A stretch of DNA of 64,000 nt from a virus. Under the pieces are notes generated by a model. The model made no database searches and was not told where the DNA came from. It worked only from the letters and a program-made list of their open reading frames with translations. The number at the start of each line of letters is the position of its first letter. The stretch's first letter is position 1. The DNA lies in the IMG/VR virus record IMGVR_UViG_3300022926_000007, positions 1 to 64,000 of that record; one strand, written 5' to 3'. Below, one piece after another: positions 10,062-19,948 of this stretch. The position numbers were made by a program, and so were the translations under genes.

Positions 10062-10630
10062 TTACTATCCCATTCATTATATTTTTTCTGCCAATCACTT
10101 ACTTGATCTAGCATGTTTTTGTTAATTATTTCTTTACTCTCACTTTCGACAAACTTGTAATTATCTGGTACTAACTTTTCCCAACAATCATGTTTTACAA
10201 ACATTTTTTTTACGTTACCACCTAACTTTTCTAACAACTCTTTTGTCATATCAAAATGTCTATCGCCAGCACCTTTTTTAACAGGTGTAAATGATATAAC
10301 ATATATTTCTTTATTTGATATTGAATACTGTTGACCTAAATCTGCATTATAATATGCCTTTACAACTAACCAGTCCATAAGATTTTTAAAACCTACACAA
10401 TAATGACCAGTGTATTCAGGTATAGAAAAAACTAATTTATCACTTTTACTTAATATATTGTCTATAGCTTCTACCTCTTTAGGAATAATACCGTCTGGTC
10501 TATTTGAATTGCAAATAGGTAAATCCAATTTAATGATGTTTGAAAATTTGATGTAGTGGTCCATTAATAATAGACCTCTATAACTCATAGAGCTTTCACT
10601 ATAACTAAAAGATACTGCTGTCGTATTCAT
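10049..10630 (-). CDS. NAD(P)H-dependent FMN reductase (flavodoxin-like)
   Basis: PEYTG...FKNLMDW signature. Confidence 0.75.
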   Translation of the reverse strand: MNTTAVSFSYSESSMSYRGLLLMDHYIKFSNIIKLDLPICNSNRPDGIIPKEVEAIDNILSKSDKLVFSIPEYTGHYCVGFKNLMDWLVVKAYYNADLGQQYSISNKEIYVISFTPVKKGAGDRHFDMTKELLEKLGGNVKKMFVKHDCWEKLVPDNYKFVESESKEIINKNMLDQVSDWQKKYNEWDSKWKK

Positions 10631-10655
10631 AATTTAAAAATCAATATAATATATA

Positions 10656-11285
10656 TTACTTAAATAACTTCTCTGCTAACCAACCACCTGTATCGTATTT
10701 GTGTAATCGTATTCTTTTAAAATTGTCATGGTGATTTCTATGATATCCTTCACCTGCAATAAAAAAGTTTAACCATGGTACATTTGCACCACCTGGAGTT
10801 CTATGACCTACTGTATTTAATAAACCAAATCCTATTTTAGCAAATACAAATGGTACAACACAAAATGATATCCAAAAGTACGGACTAATTAAAAAACTAA
10901 TTATATTTACTGAAATTAAAATATGTAACCAGTATTTGTGGCAAAAAACTAGTCTAGGATTTTTATACAAATCTCTAGCATATTTACTTGGTATATTTTT
11001 TATATCCCATGTTGTAAATAATACTTTCCAAAAACCTACATACTTAGATGCATGAGGGTCTTCTGGACCATCTGAATGTTTGTGATGAATACGATGGCTT
11101 GCAATCCAACCAATGGGTGTTCTTATACATGCAATCATCAGCATTGAAAGACCTAACACTTCAAACCATACAGGAACTTTAAACTGATTGTGACAATAAT
11201 GTCTATGTAATAAAATACTAGCACCTAAGTGTGAAATTATTTCGGACCAAATGACACCTATAAAAATAGCAAATAACCAATCCAT
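10656..11285 (-). CDS. membrane fatty-acid desaturase (delta-9-like)
   Basis: Three His boxes (HRHYCH, HRIHH, GEGYHRNHH), DPH motif, hydrophobic segments. Confidence 0.85.
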   Translation of the reverse strand: MDWLFAIFIGVIWSEIISHLGASILLHRHYCHNQFKVPVWFEVLGLSMLMIACIRTPIGWIASHRIHHKHSDGPEDPHASKYVGFWKVLFTTWDIKNIPSKYARDLYKNPRLVFCHKYWLHILISVNIISFLISPYFWISFCVVPFVFAKIGFGLLNTVGHRTPGGANVPWLNFFIAGEGYHRNHHDNFKRIRLHKYDTGGWLAEKLFK

Positions 11286-11291
11286 TATATT

Positions 11292-11579
11292 CTATTGACC
11301 CTCTAAACTATAAGATACTGAATTTTCAGAACAAAAGTTTTCTAAATTTTGACCGTTTTGTGTATTAACTGGTTCATTTATAAATTCCTGATAGGCAGCT
11401 TGATCTACAAAGACTGTTGTCCAAGTTTCTACTAAACCATCAACAGTTTTAACAGGTTTTTGTGTTATTTTACCTTGGTCAAAATAACTATCAATCAAAG
11501 CTAATATGTCATTGTTCCAAAAGTTAATTTCAACACCTTCGTTTGGTTTTTGATAAACGTTTCTAAATGTATAACTCAT
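11292..11579 (-). CDS. hypothetical 95-aa protein
   Basis: ORF starting 5 nt after a TATAAATA. Confidence 0.65.
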   Translation of the reverse strand: MSYTFRNVYQKPNEGVEINFWNNDILALIDSYFDQGKITQKPVKTVDGLVETWTTVFVDQAAYQEFINEPVNTQNGQNLENFCSENSVSYSLEGQ

Positions 11580-11584
11580 AATAC

Positions 11585-11592
11585 TATTTATA
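11585..11592 (-). promoter_or_regulatory. T4-type late promoter inside the enzyme island
   Basis: TATAAATA on the minus strand. Confidence 0.7.
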
Positions 11593-12037
11593 TAACCCCT
11601 ACTATATGTATTCTATCCAGCATGGAGGCGTTTAATGCTGTGTGATTTTTTGTTGTATCAACTACATGATAATTACCATCTGCAGGATAATGAAAAATTT
11701 GTTTATCTATAATTATAAAACAACTTTCATTTGTTTCAATAGGTATGTGTATTCTTTTTGATAAATCTTTATGATAAGTATAACATGTTTTAGGTTTTAA
11801 ATTCATTACTCTGGTACGATACATTTTTAAATCTGATAAAATACTGTTAATATAAGGCAGATCAAAAATAAATGTGCTAAAATCTGTTTCTTTATATCCC
11901 ATTTCATATTTTTCATTCCATTTACCCACACCCCAAAATGGATCTAAATTATCTTTGGTACCTTGAAGACAAATTTGTTCATCAAACTTAGGTAATAGCT
12001 TTAGTTCACTTTTTATTTTTTCTATATCTAAGGACAT
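11588..12037 (-). CDS. aspartyl/asparaginyl beta-hydroxylase-family oxygenase
   Basis: RTRVMNLKP...YHKD...RIHIPI...HTALN...RIHIV. Confidence 0.75.
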   Translation of the reverse strand: MSLDIEKIKSELKLLPKFDEQICLQGTKDNLDPFWGVGKWNEKYEMGYKETDFSTFIFDLPYINSILSDLKMYRTRVMNLKPKTCYTYHKDLSKRIHIPIETNESCFIIIDKQIFHYPADGNYHVVDTTKNHTALNASMLDRIHIVGVI

Positions 12038-12462
12038 ACAGTTATCTCTTTGACTCTATGTGGTTGATTTAACACCCAATCTATAATTGAAATACAATAA
12101 TCAATAGACATTTTTTTACTGTCTATATTAGCACTTCTTGGTGAGTCAAAATAACCAAAGTTAATTATACAAGTGTCAACACCTTCATAATAAAGTTGTT
12201 CATTTACATCTCTTAGTGTTTTCTTTTCAATACCATATCTATACATTTCTTTGTGACCTTTTATCCAATCACTTCCTGCAGACCCTATATTGATTATTTT
12301 TTTATGAAGTTTTGCAGCCTTATAAAGCAATTCTACTTGTTGAAAACCATCATGCTTACAATTAATGAATATATCACAATTATTTAAGTCATCAACTGTA
12401 TCATATTTTTCATTTAATACTTTACCAAGGCCTCTACGAGTACCAGTAATATAGAATTTCAT
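12028..12462 (-). CDS. minimal SDR-like oxidoreductase
   Basis: ITGTRRGLG, FINC, IINIGS, YGIEK (YxxxK); start moved to MKFYITG. Confidence 0.7.
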   Translation of the reverse strand: MKFYITGTRRGLGKVLNEKYDTVDDLNNCDIFINCKHDGFQQVELLYKAAKLHKKIINIGSAGSDWIKGHKEMYRYGIEKKTLRDVNEQLYYEGVDTCIINFGYFDSPRSANIDSKKMSIDYCISIIDWVLNQPHRVKEITVCP

Positions 12463-12484
12463 ATACTTATTTAGACGATAAATA

Positions 12485-12513
12485 TTGACAAATTTATCAA
12501 AATGTGTTATAAT
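12485..12513 (+). promoter_or_regulatory. consensus sigma70-type (early) promoter
   Basis: TTGACA-17bp-TATAAT with an extended -10 TG. Confidence 0.85.
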
Positions 12514-12519
12514 ATATAT

Positions 12520-13389
12520 ATGAAAATTGTAAATATAGTGTGTACAAGTAAGCCTGGTGATGGTCTCTTTCATTATAGTTATGAACACTGTTGCTATCTT
12601 AACTCAATTGGCATTAAAAGTCAACTAGTAATTTTGACACATCACAAATTTAGTCAACAAGACTATATTAATGCTATTAATGAATGTTATATAAAATACG
12701 AAAATGTGGTATTTAACTTTTATACACCTTCATCAAACGATATAACATTAATACTAGGAAGAAGTATGTTGACACTAGCATACTTGAACAAAAGCTCATA
12801 CACAAATGATCAATTACTTACTTTACATTTGTTGTTTAGTGGTAACCTCATATCTGTATATTCAGAAAATCATCCTAAAGAATATTCAAACGCCGTAGAT
12901 TATTTTAAACCAAAAAAGATATACGACTTATGCGATTATGATGTTTATCCTAATGGCATAGGAGAACAATTTGAAAAAATAATAAACTTTAGTATTTACA
13001 AACCAGTTAAATCAGATATACAATTTAAGTATCTGTTTTTAGGTACAAATGAAATATACTATAGAGAAATAGAAAAACACATAGACAAATATCCAAATCA
13101 CGGTATTGTAACTTACAATGAAAAGTGGATTAATCCTAAGTTAAATAATCTATTCGTACCTATTAAAAATATATTAGGAAAATTTGAAACATATGTTTAT
13201 ACAAAACCTAATTTTGACCCAGCACCTAGATTATTTGTAGAGTTTAAATGGTTAGGTAAAAAAGTAGATTATTTAAGAGATAAAAGTATGAAAGACGGTG
13301 GTATGGTTTATTGGAACAGACCTGTGCCTACGAAACAGATTTATAAAGACAATATAAATATTTTAGTTGATTTAATTAAAAGAATATGA
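12520..13389 (+). CDS. hypothetical protein (possibly glycosyltransferase-related)
   Basis: First ORF of the + strand operon; start moved to MKIVN; weak GT-B-like PRLFVE motif. Confidence 0.55.
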   Translation: MKIVNIVCTSKPGDGLFHYSYEHCCYLNSIGIKSQLVILTHHKFSQQDYINAINECYIKYENVVFNFYTPSSNDITLILGRSMLTLAYLNKSSYTNDQLLTLHLLFSGNLISVYSENHPKEYSNAVDYFKPKKIYDLCDYDVYPNGIGEQFEKIINFSIYKPVKSDIQFKYLFLGTNEIYYREIEKHIDKYPNHGIVTYNEKWINPKLNNLFVPIKNILGKFETYVYTKPNFDPAPRLFVEFKWLGKKVDYLRDKSMKDGGMVYWNRPVPTKQIYKDNINILVDLIKRI

Positions 13390-14153
13390 AAAAAATATTA
13401 TTAGTTAGTGGTGATAGTTTTAGTGACAAAAACTTCTCTACAACGATTCATCCAGAATTAGACACATCTTGGCCTAAATGGCCTGAACTCTTAGCCGACA
13501 AGTTAAATATGGAATGTATTAACATAGCAAAATCTGGTGCAGGTAATGATTATATCTATGAAGCATTAGTTGATACTTTACAAAACATTGACAAAGAACA
13601 AATAGGATTAGTAATAGCAGCTTGGTCTCAATGTCAAAGAAGAAGTTGGCAAGAATCAAAAAATCTATATTGGAAAAACAGTAGAGTGGATACAAAGGGT
13701 GATGTATTCTATTGGACAAAAAGAACTATGAGATATTGGTATAGTTTTCAAGTATTATGTGAAAGATATAATTTACCGTATAAACAATTTCAAATGATTT
13801 CACTTTTTCAAGGATGGTTAAACGGTTTACATCAAAACGACCATGAGGTATATAAAAATAAATTAAATCCAGATCCTAATTTTATAGAAAAACATATTTA
13901 TCCAGGTGATAAAAATAAAGATGAAAAAATCTTAACAAACATGGTATTTAACCATGAAGATCATATTAATACTAAAAACTTTATAGGTTGGCCAATATTT
14001 TTTAGATTTGGAGGTTTTCACGTTGAGTATAAAGTATTAAGAGATGCAAACCATCAACCGTTAGATGGCATGATAATATCTAAACATGATGCTCATCCTA
14101 CAGCAAAAGGTCAAAAGGCAATAGCGGAGTTTATATATGACAGGTTGGGATAG
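13386..14153 (+). CDS. SGNH/GDSL hydrolase-like protein
   Basis: GDSFS, G-AGN block II, C-terminal DAHP. Confidence 0.7.
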   Translation: MKKILLVSGDSFSDKNFSTTIHPELDTSWPKWPELLADKLNMECINIAKSGAGNDYIYEALVDTLQNIDKEQIGLVIAAWSQCQRRSWQESKNLYWKNSRVDTKGDVFYWTKRTMRYWYSFQVLCERYNLPYKQFQMISLFQGWLNGLHQNDHEVYKNKLNPDPNFIEKHIYPGDKNKDEKILTNMVFNHEDHINTKNFIGWPIFFRFGGFHVEYKVLRDANHQPLDGMIISKHDAHPTAKGQKAIAEFIYDRLG

Positions 14154-15399
14154 AGAATATTTAAAACATAAAGACGAATACCTAGAACTTTTTGATAAGT
14201 CAATGCAAAAAGAACAAGAAAGTAATGTTGAGTTTTTGGAAGATAAACTTAAACTACTCACAGGTAGAAAATATGCTGTAGTTTGTAGTAATGGCACAGA
14301 CGCATTACATTTTGCTTTAAGAAGTTTAGATATAAAAAAAGGCGATGAGGTATTGACAACTAATTTTTCTTGGATTTCTACTGCGTCTTGTATATCTATG
14401 GTCGGTGCAACACCTGTATTTTGTGAAATTGATATATCATCTTATCATATGTCATTAGATAGTATTAAACGTATGTATTCGGATAAAGTCAAAGCAATAG
14501 TTTATCCACATCTATTTGGTAATATGTCAGATACAAAAGAGATAATAGATTTTTGTAAAGAAAAAAATATTACATTTATAGAAGACGCAGCTCAGTCGTT
14601 AGGCGCAAGTCTTAATGGTGTCAAAGCAGGATCAATAGGTGATATATCAACGTTAAGTTTTAACGCAAACAAAGTTGTTGCTGGGATTGCAGGAGGCGGA
14701 GCTATACTTACAGATGATAAAGATAAAGCAGAGATATTTAAAAAATTAAGAAGACACGGCAATAATGAAATATTAGGTTATAACTCTAAAATGTTGTTAA
14801 TGAACGCTGAGTTTATAAACTTTAGATTAAACAAAATGAAAGAATGGCAATCTAAAAGACAGGAAATCGCAAAACAATATAATGAACAATTAAAAGATTA
14901 TGTCACAATACAACCCACAACAAACGGCCTTGATCATAATTATCACAAATATGTTATTAGACTGCCCAACAAAGAGATACGAGATGAATTGAAAAATACC
15001 TTAAACGCAAAAGTACATTATGATAAGCCATTATCAGAAAATGTTATGTATAAAAACATTGAATATAGAAAAGATAAAACTTATGAAAGTAAGTTAGTTT
15101 GCGACACAATACTAACTTTACCTATTCATCCATATATGACACAATCAGAAATAGATAAAATAATTAATGTAATTATTATTACCTTAGAACACAAAAATAA
15201 TAAATTTGTAAACAATATGAAAAAGATATTGGGTAATAACTTATTTGATAAAGAATTACTTAAAGAAACTACTGAAGATATTTACGATTATATTGTTGAA
15301 AAAATATATCAATTGCCAGAGTACATTGAAGAAGTTGAATTTAAAGATAAGAGAAAACTGAAGATAGCATTTAATAAATTTTACAATAAAATAAAATGA
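14137..15399 (+). CDS. DegT/DnrJ/EryC1/StrS sugar aminotransferase
   Basis: SNGTDAL, IEDAAQSLG, SFNANK, LTLPIHP; extra C-terminal tail. Confidence 0.9.
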   Translation: MTGWDREYLKHKDEYLELFDKSMQKEQESNVEFLEDKLKLLTGRKYAVVCSNGTDALHFALRSLDIKKGDEVLTTNFSWISTASCISMVGATPVFCEIDISSYHMSLDSIKRMYSDKVKAIVYPHLFGNMSDTKEIIDFCKEKNITFIEDAAQSLGASLNGVKAGSIGDISTLSFNANKVVAGIAGGGAILTDDKDKAEIFKKLRRHGNNEILGYNSKMLLMNAEFINFRLNKMKEWQSKRQEIAKQYNEQLKDYVTIQPTTNGLDHNYHKYVIRLPNKEIRDELKNTLNAKVHYDKPLSENVMYKNIEYRKDKTYESKLVCDTILTLPIHPYMTQSEIDKIINVIIITLEHKNNKFVNNMKKILGNNLFDKELLKETTEDIYDYIVEKIYQLPEYIEEVEFKDKRKLKIAFNKFYNKIK

Positions 15400-15986
15400 A
15401 TTTTGCAAATATAAGACTCAATATAGAAAATAGTCCTAGATGCACATTAGAATGTCCTCTTTGTAAAAGAACTACATACTTTGATTTAAACAATACCAAA
15501 ATAGTTCCTGGTGTTGATTTGTCCCTAAAAGATTTTAAAAAATGTTTAGATTTCTTTAAAGGTGGAATTACATTTGGTGGTCAATTGTCTGATCCGATAT
15601 TTAATAAAGATTTAATAGAAATGTTAAAGATGTGCAAAGAAAACGAAGTTGATACAAGTGTTTTAACAGCAGCTACAGGTAGAAAAGAAGATTGGTACAA
15701 AAAAGCTTTCTCAGCAAACCCAAATGCTGAATGGACGTTTGGTATAGATGGCCCTCCACATTTAAGTCATAAGTATAGAAAGAATCAGAATGGTGAATTT
15801 TTATTTGAAATGATGATAATGGCAAAAGAAATGGGATTAAAAGTGTATTGGCAATATATTGTTTTTGATTACAACGAAAAACATTTAGAAGATTGTAAAA
15901 AATATTCAAAACTTTTAAAAATAGATATGGAAATATTATATTCTCAAAGAAGTAAAAGGGATAAAGGTGATTTTACGTATGAATAA
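15396..15986 (+). CDS. radical SAM protein
   Basis: CTLECPLC (CxxxCxxC), GQLSDP, FGIDG. Confidence 0.85.
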   Translation: MNFANIRLNIENSPRCTLECPLCKRTTYFDLNNTKIVPGVDLSLKDFKKCLDFFKGGITFGGQLSDPIFNKDLIEMLKMCKENEVDTSVLTAATGRKEDWYKKAFSANPNAEWTFGIDGPPHLSHKYRKNQNGEFLFEMMIMAKEMGLKVYWQYIVFDYNEKHLEDCKKYSKLLKIDMEILYSQRSKRDKGDFTYE

Positions 15987-16374
15987 TAAACTTAAAAAAT
16001 ATAAATCTGAACTTACTTTTCCTGATAAAGATAAAAATGAATTAAAGCCTAAATGTATTTTTGAAAACCAAGAACTTACCTTATCAAGTATGGGATATTT
16101 TACACCTTGTTGCTGGGTTGATGACGAGTTATATAGAAATCAACCTTGGGTAAAAAGTTTATTTAAAGAGCATTTAAAATTACAAAATAATGAAAAAGTT
16201 GAAGACATTTTTAAAAGTAAAGAATGGACAGATTTTTATAATATGTTAAGAAATAATCCCAAAGATGCTCCACCTGTATGTTATAAATTTTGTAGTAAAG
16301 GTGTCATTACAAGAAAAATAAAAAAAAAAGAACATGAAAAAAATAACTCAATTTATACAATGGTAAAACACTAA
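15979..16374 (+). CDS. stand-alone SPASM/twitch-like Fe-S domain protein
   Basis: PKC...GYFTPCCW...CYKFC cysteine pattern. Confidence 0.65.
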   Translation: MNNKLKKYKSELTFPDKDKNELKPKCIFENQELTLSSMGYFTPCCWVDDELYRNQPWVKSLFKEHLKLQNNEKVEDIFKSKEWTDFYNMLRNNPKDAPPVCYKFCSKGVITRKIKKKEHEKNNSIYTMVKH

Positions 16375-17198
16375 TGAAAACCTTAGACGAAATACAAGAT
16401 AATTATTTAGCTATAGACTTCTTTTTGTCAATGTCATGTAATAAGAATTGTCATTACTGTACAAGTTATACTTTAGAAATGAGAAATCTAACAGTTGATA
16501 TGAACTTTTTAAAACAAACTTTAGGTTATCTTAAAAATTATAAAATTAGAATATGTCTATTAGGTGGTGAACCTGGCCTTATCAAAAACTTAGATGATGT
16601 AATAAATGAAATAAAAAAATATCCTAACTTTGTATGTTCAGTATTATCTAATTCATTTGTTCGTAAAAGATATCCACATATACTTGAAGATAGAGATATA
16701 CTTTATGTTGAACACAATATATTAGATTGGTATGAAAATGAAGTAACAAAATTAGGTAACTTTGATTATATACCTGAAAATGATTTTAACAATTATAATG
16801 TTGTTGTAAGAACGCCTAACTATTACAAATATAAAGATAATCATCCTGATGTATTACAAAAATTAAATCACAAAAACACAATGTGGAAAGCATTTAATGG
16901 TAGGTCAAAAGATTTTACAGATGTTATACAAGCAGATGAAATTGATCGTAAAATGTGTGCGGCCTTTCCTATGGTGCCAGTTATTGATTTTGAAAAGAAA
17001 CATATTGTACATTGTAGTAAAAAGTTTGCTAACAATACCGAACTATCTAAAACATTTGAACTGACACAAGAAAATATTGATAAGATGATGAACTTTAGAT
17101 TGTTTAAATATGAAAATTATTGTAAGACCTGTACTGAATGGGTACAACCAAAAGGACATTTTCCTATGAGAAAATATGCAAAGGTACTAAATGACTAA
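16374..17198 (+). CDS. radical SAM protein with C-terminal SPASM/twitch cysteines
   Basis: CNKNCHYC, LGGEP, C-terminal C...HC...CKTC. Confidence 0.85.
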   Translation: MKTLDEIQDNYLAIDFFLSMSCNKNCHYCTSYTLEMRNLTVDMNFLKQTLGYLKNYKIRICLLGGEPGLIKNLDDVINEIKKYPNFVCSVLSNSFVRKRYPHILEDRDILYVEHNILDWYENEVTKLGNFDYIPENDFNNYNVVVRTPNYYKYKDNHPDVLQKLNHKNTMWKAFNGRSKDFTDVIQADEIDRKMCAAFPMVPVIDFEKKHIVHCSKKFANNTELSKTFELTQENIDKMMNFRLFKYENYCKTCTEWVQPKGHFPMRKYAKVLND

Positions 17199-18675
17199 AA
17201 TATATTCTGTAGCACTAAACTTACATGATCACAATACCTATGATGGTGTGTTTCATAATCAAAGAGAAAGATTTACAAGATTTAAACATAATCTACCTTA
17301 TCATGCTGAGGCTTATGCTCATCAATCAGATATTTTAAATCCTGCAGATTATAGACTAAACAATGAATTTGTAAAACAATATTTTGTTAGAAAAGAAGAT
17401 GTATTAGCATTTACATATACCTATGGTGGTGTTAGAATGTGTAAAGATATGTTACCGCAAGATGTATTCAAATATGAACCTAAAAAACTATGGGATTATT
17501 ACTACAAAGATGGATTATATTTTATAGATCATCATCAATCTCACGCCACTTATGCCTTTATTAATTCAGGTTTTGAACAATCGGATATATTAGCAATTGA
17601 TGGTATAGGATCAAAATATAGATGTGTGTTTTTTGATAAAGACCAAAATTTAATGGATTTGTCTGATAAGTTACCTATAGGTTGGTTATGGAATCATATG
17701 TCTAACTTTACAGGTTTTGGCACACTAGGTGCAAGTAAACTAATGGGACTAGTTGCATATGGTAAATTTAGTCAATACTACTATAATATTTTTCAAAGAA
17801 TATTAAACGGCCCGATTACTGAAAAAAAACAAGATTTTTCCTACATAAGTATAGACAATTATGGATTGCACGATTTAGCCCACACACTACAAGTATTTAC
17901 AATGGATAAGATAGAAGAATACGTATATCCACTAAAAAGTTGTGACAATCTTTGTATTGCTGGTGGTGTTGCATATAACGGTTATATGAATGAAGAATTT
18001 ACAAAACATTATAAAAATGTATTTGTACCACCTGCTGTTGGTGATGAAGGACAGGCAATCGGTACATATCAACACGCTGACTACATATTAAATAACAATA
18101 TACACAAATCAGAAACATTTGCTGGTAAACAATATGAATATAATGAAGGTGAACAAGTGAATTATAAAGAGGTTGCACAAGCAATTGCTGACGGTAAAAT
18201 AGTTGGTTGGTTTCAAGGAAAATCTGAAAGTGGCAATCGTGCATTAGGTAATAGAAGTATATTAGCTGATCCTCGTAATCCTGACATCAAAGATATTATT
18301 AATCATACCATAAAAATGAGAGAAGACTTTAGACCATTTGCACCTGCTGTTTTAGAAGAACACTATAAAGAATATTTTGATACAAGATTACCCAGTCCTT
18401 ATATGAGTAGAATATGTAAAGTTAAAACTGATAAAGTGCCAGGCATAACACATAAAGATAATACCGCAAGAATACAAACAGTTAATAAAAAATTTAATGA
18501 AAAGTTTTATAACATTATAAATGAGTTTTACAAAATAACAGGCGTACCAATGTTATTAAACACAAGTTTTAATTGTCAGGAACCCATAGTAGAAACACCC
18601 GAACAAGCTATTAGAACATTCAAACGAACAGCATTAGATATATTAGTTATAAATGATAAGATTTTAAAAAAATGA
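17191..18675 (+). CDS. carbamoyltransferase (NodU/CmcH/TobZ family)
   Basis: HHQSHA, IDGIG, GGVAYN, GDEG, RALGNRSILADP, RPFAP, LLNTSFN. Confidence 0.92.
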   Translation: MTKIYSVALNLHDHNTYDGVFHNQRERFTRFKHNLPYHAEAYAHQSDILNPADYRLNNEFVKQYFVRKEDVLAFTYTYGGVRMCKDMLPQDVFKYEPKKLWDYYYKDGLYFIDHHQSHATYAFINSGFEQSDILAIDGIGSKYRCVFFDKDQNLMDLSDKLPIGWLWNHMSNFTGFGTLGASKLMGLVAYGKFSQYYYNIFQRILNGPITEKKQDFSYISIDNYGLHDLAHTLQVFTMDKIEEYVYPLKSCDNLCIAGGVAYNGYMNEEFTKHYKNVFVPPAVGDEGQAIGTYQHADYILNNNIHKSETFAGKQYEYNEGEQVNYKEVAQAIADGKIVGWFQGKSESGNRALGNRSILADPRNPDIKDIINHTIKMREDFRPFAPAVLEEHYKEYFDTRLPSPYMSRICKVKTDKVPGITHKDNTARIQTVNKKFNEKFYNIINEFYKITGVPMLLNTSFNCQEPIVETPEQAIRTFKRTALDILVINDKILKK

Positions 18676-19367
18676 AACATTTTGATTTATTAGAGCAAAA
18701 AAGAAAACACGTTAAAACTTATAGTGAAAAAATACCTCCTAAGAAGTTAATAGAACAGGCATTATGGAAAGCGTGGAAAACTTCTCCTTCTAAAAATAAT
18801 GCTATGGCATATCAAGTAATAGTTTGGGGACCTGATAAAGAATTAGAAAAGGCAGCTATTCATAGTTTAGTTGTAAAAAATCACAAACACGCTGAAGATA
18901 GAGCTGTTGAAAAAAAGTTAATGAATAAAACTCAAGATGTTAAATTGGGTGTAGTTGAAAACCCATATTATCGACACATAAAAGAAAATCCGTATTTAAT
19001 AACAATACATAGTAGAATAGCAAAACCAAATAAATTTTATGAAGAACAGATAAAAACAGGACACTTTTACGATCAAGCATATAATCCAGAAGATATAATA
19101 GACTCTGTAGCTGTTGAAGTAGGTATATTTGCAGCTAATTTGACAAACTATTTACTAGAAGAAGGATTAGATATGTCTTATAATTCTTGTTTCAAAAGAG
19201 ATATTAAAGACTGGCACAACGTTGGTTTATATATGGTTAAACAAAGACCGATCACAATGATATCTTGTGGTTATGCTGAAAGGTATAGACGTGATGATTT
19301 AAAAAGTTGTGGAAAAGAAACTTGGGATATAAAACCTGAAATAAATGATATTGTAAAATGGATATAG
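18672..19367 (+). CDS. nitroreductase-family protein
   Basis: RKHVKTYS, PSKNN, GLDMSYNSCF. Confidence 0.7.
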   Translation: MKHFDLLEQKRKHVKTYSEKIPPKKLIEQALWKAWKTSPSKNNAMAYQVIVWGPDKELEKAAIHSLVVKNHKHAEDRAVEKKLMNKTQDVKLGVVENPYYRHIKENPYLITIHSRIAKPNKFYEEQIKTGHFYDQAYNPEDIIDSVAVEVGIFAANLTNYLLEEGLDMSYNSCFKRDIKDWHNVGLYMVKQRPITMISCGYAERYRRDDLKSCGKETWDIKPEINDIVKWI

Positions 19368-19948
19368 ACTTACAATTATTTAAAAATATAATGGCAGAGG
19401 CCAGACACAATGATGATCTTTTAGACTCATATAGTCCTAATCAATTTAAATCAAAAGAGGTATTAATTAATCACATTAATAGTTTAAATATTTTAAATGA
19501 TAAATCTGAAATTATAATACTAGGAAGTTGGTATGGCAGTATATTAATTCCTGCATTTAAACAAGTTAAACGAATTACCGCTATAGATTTAGATAAAAAT
19601 GTTATTAGTATTGCTAAAAACAGATTATTTAATCATTATAAAAATGTAGATTTTATTACCAGTGATGTTTTTGACAAAAACAGATATGGTAGAATACAAA
19701 ATGCCACTTTAATTATTAATACGTCTTGTGAACATATGAAACCTATGAATGAATTAAAGGCTTTAGAAAATTCAAAATCATATTTTGCTTTTCAGTCTAA
19801 TAATATGTTTAATATACCTACACACATCAATTGTGTAAATAACATAGAAGAATTTAAAGAACAAATGCCAAGTAACGCAAAAATAATGATTGAAGATCAC
19901 ATTAAAGATGATAGAGGCACTAGATTTTTATTAATAGGTAAATTATGA
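19358..19948 (+). CDS. class I SAM-dependent methyltransferase
   Basis: ILGSWYG, AIDLD, INTSCEHM. Confidence 0.7.
   Translation: MDIDLQLFKNIMAEARHNDDLLDSYSPNQFKSKEVLINHINSLNILNDKSEIIILGSWYGSILIPAFKQVKRITAIDLDKNVISIAKNRLFNHYKNVDFITSDVFDKNRYGRIQNATLIINTSCEHMKPMNELKALENSKSYFAFQSNNMFNIPTHINCVNNIEEFKEQMPSNAKIMIEDHIKDDRGTRFLLIGKL

Noticed and set aside
12463-12588. Extended overlapping N-termini of the ORFs at 12588 (-) and 12502 (+)
   Set aside because: They run across the divergent promoters; the downstream ATGs at 12462 and 12520 fit better
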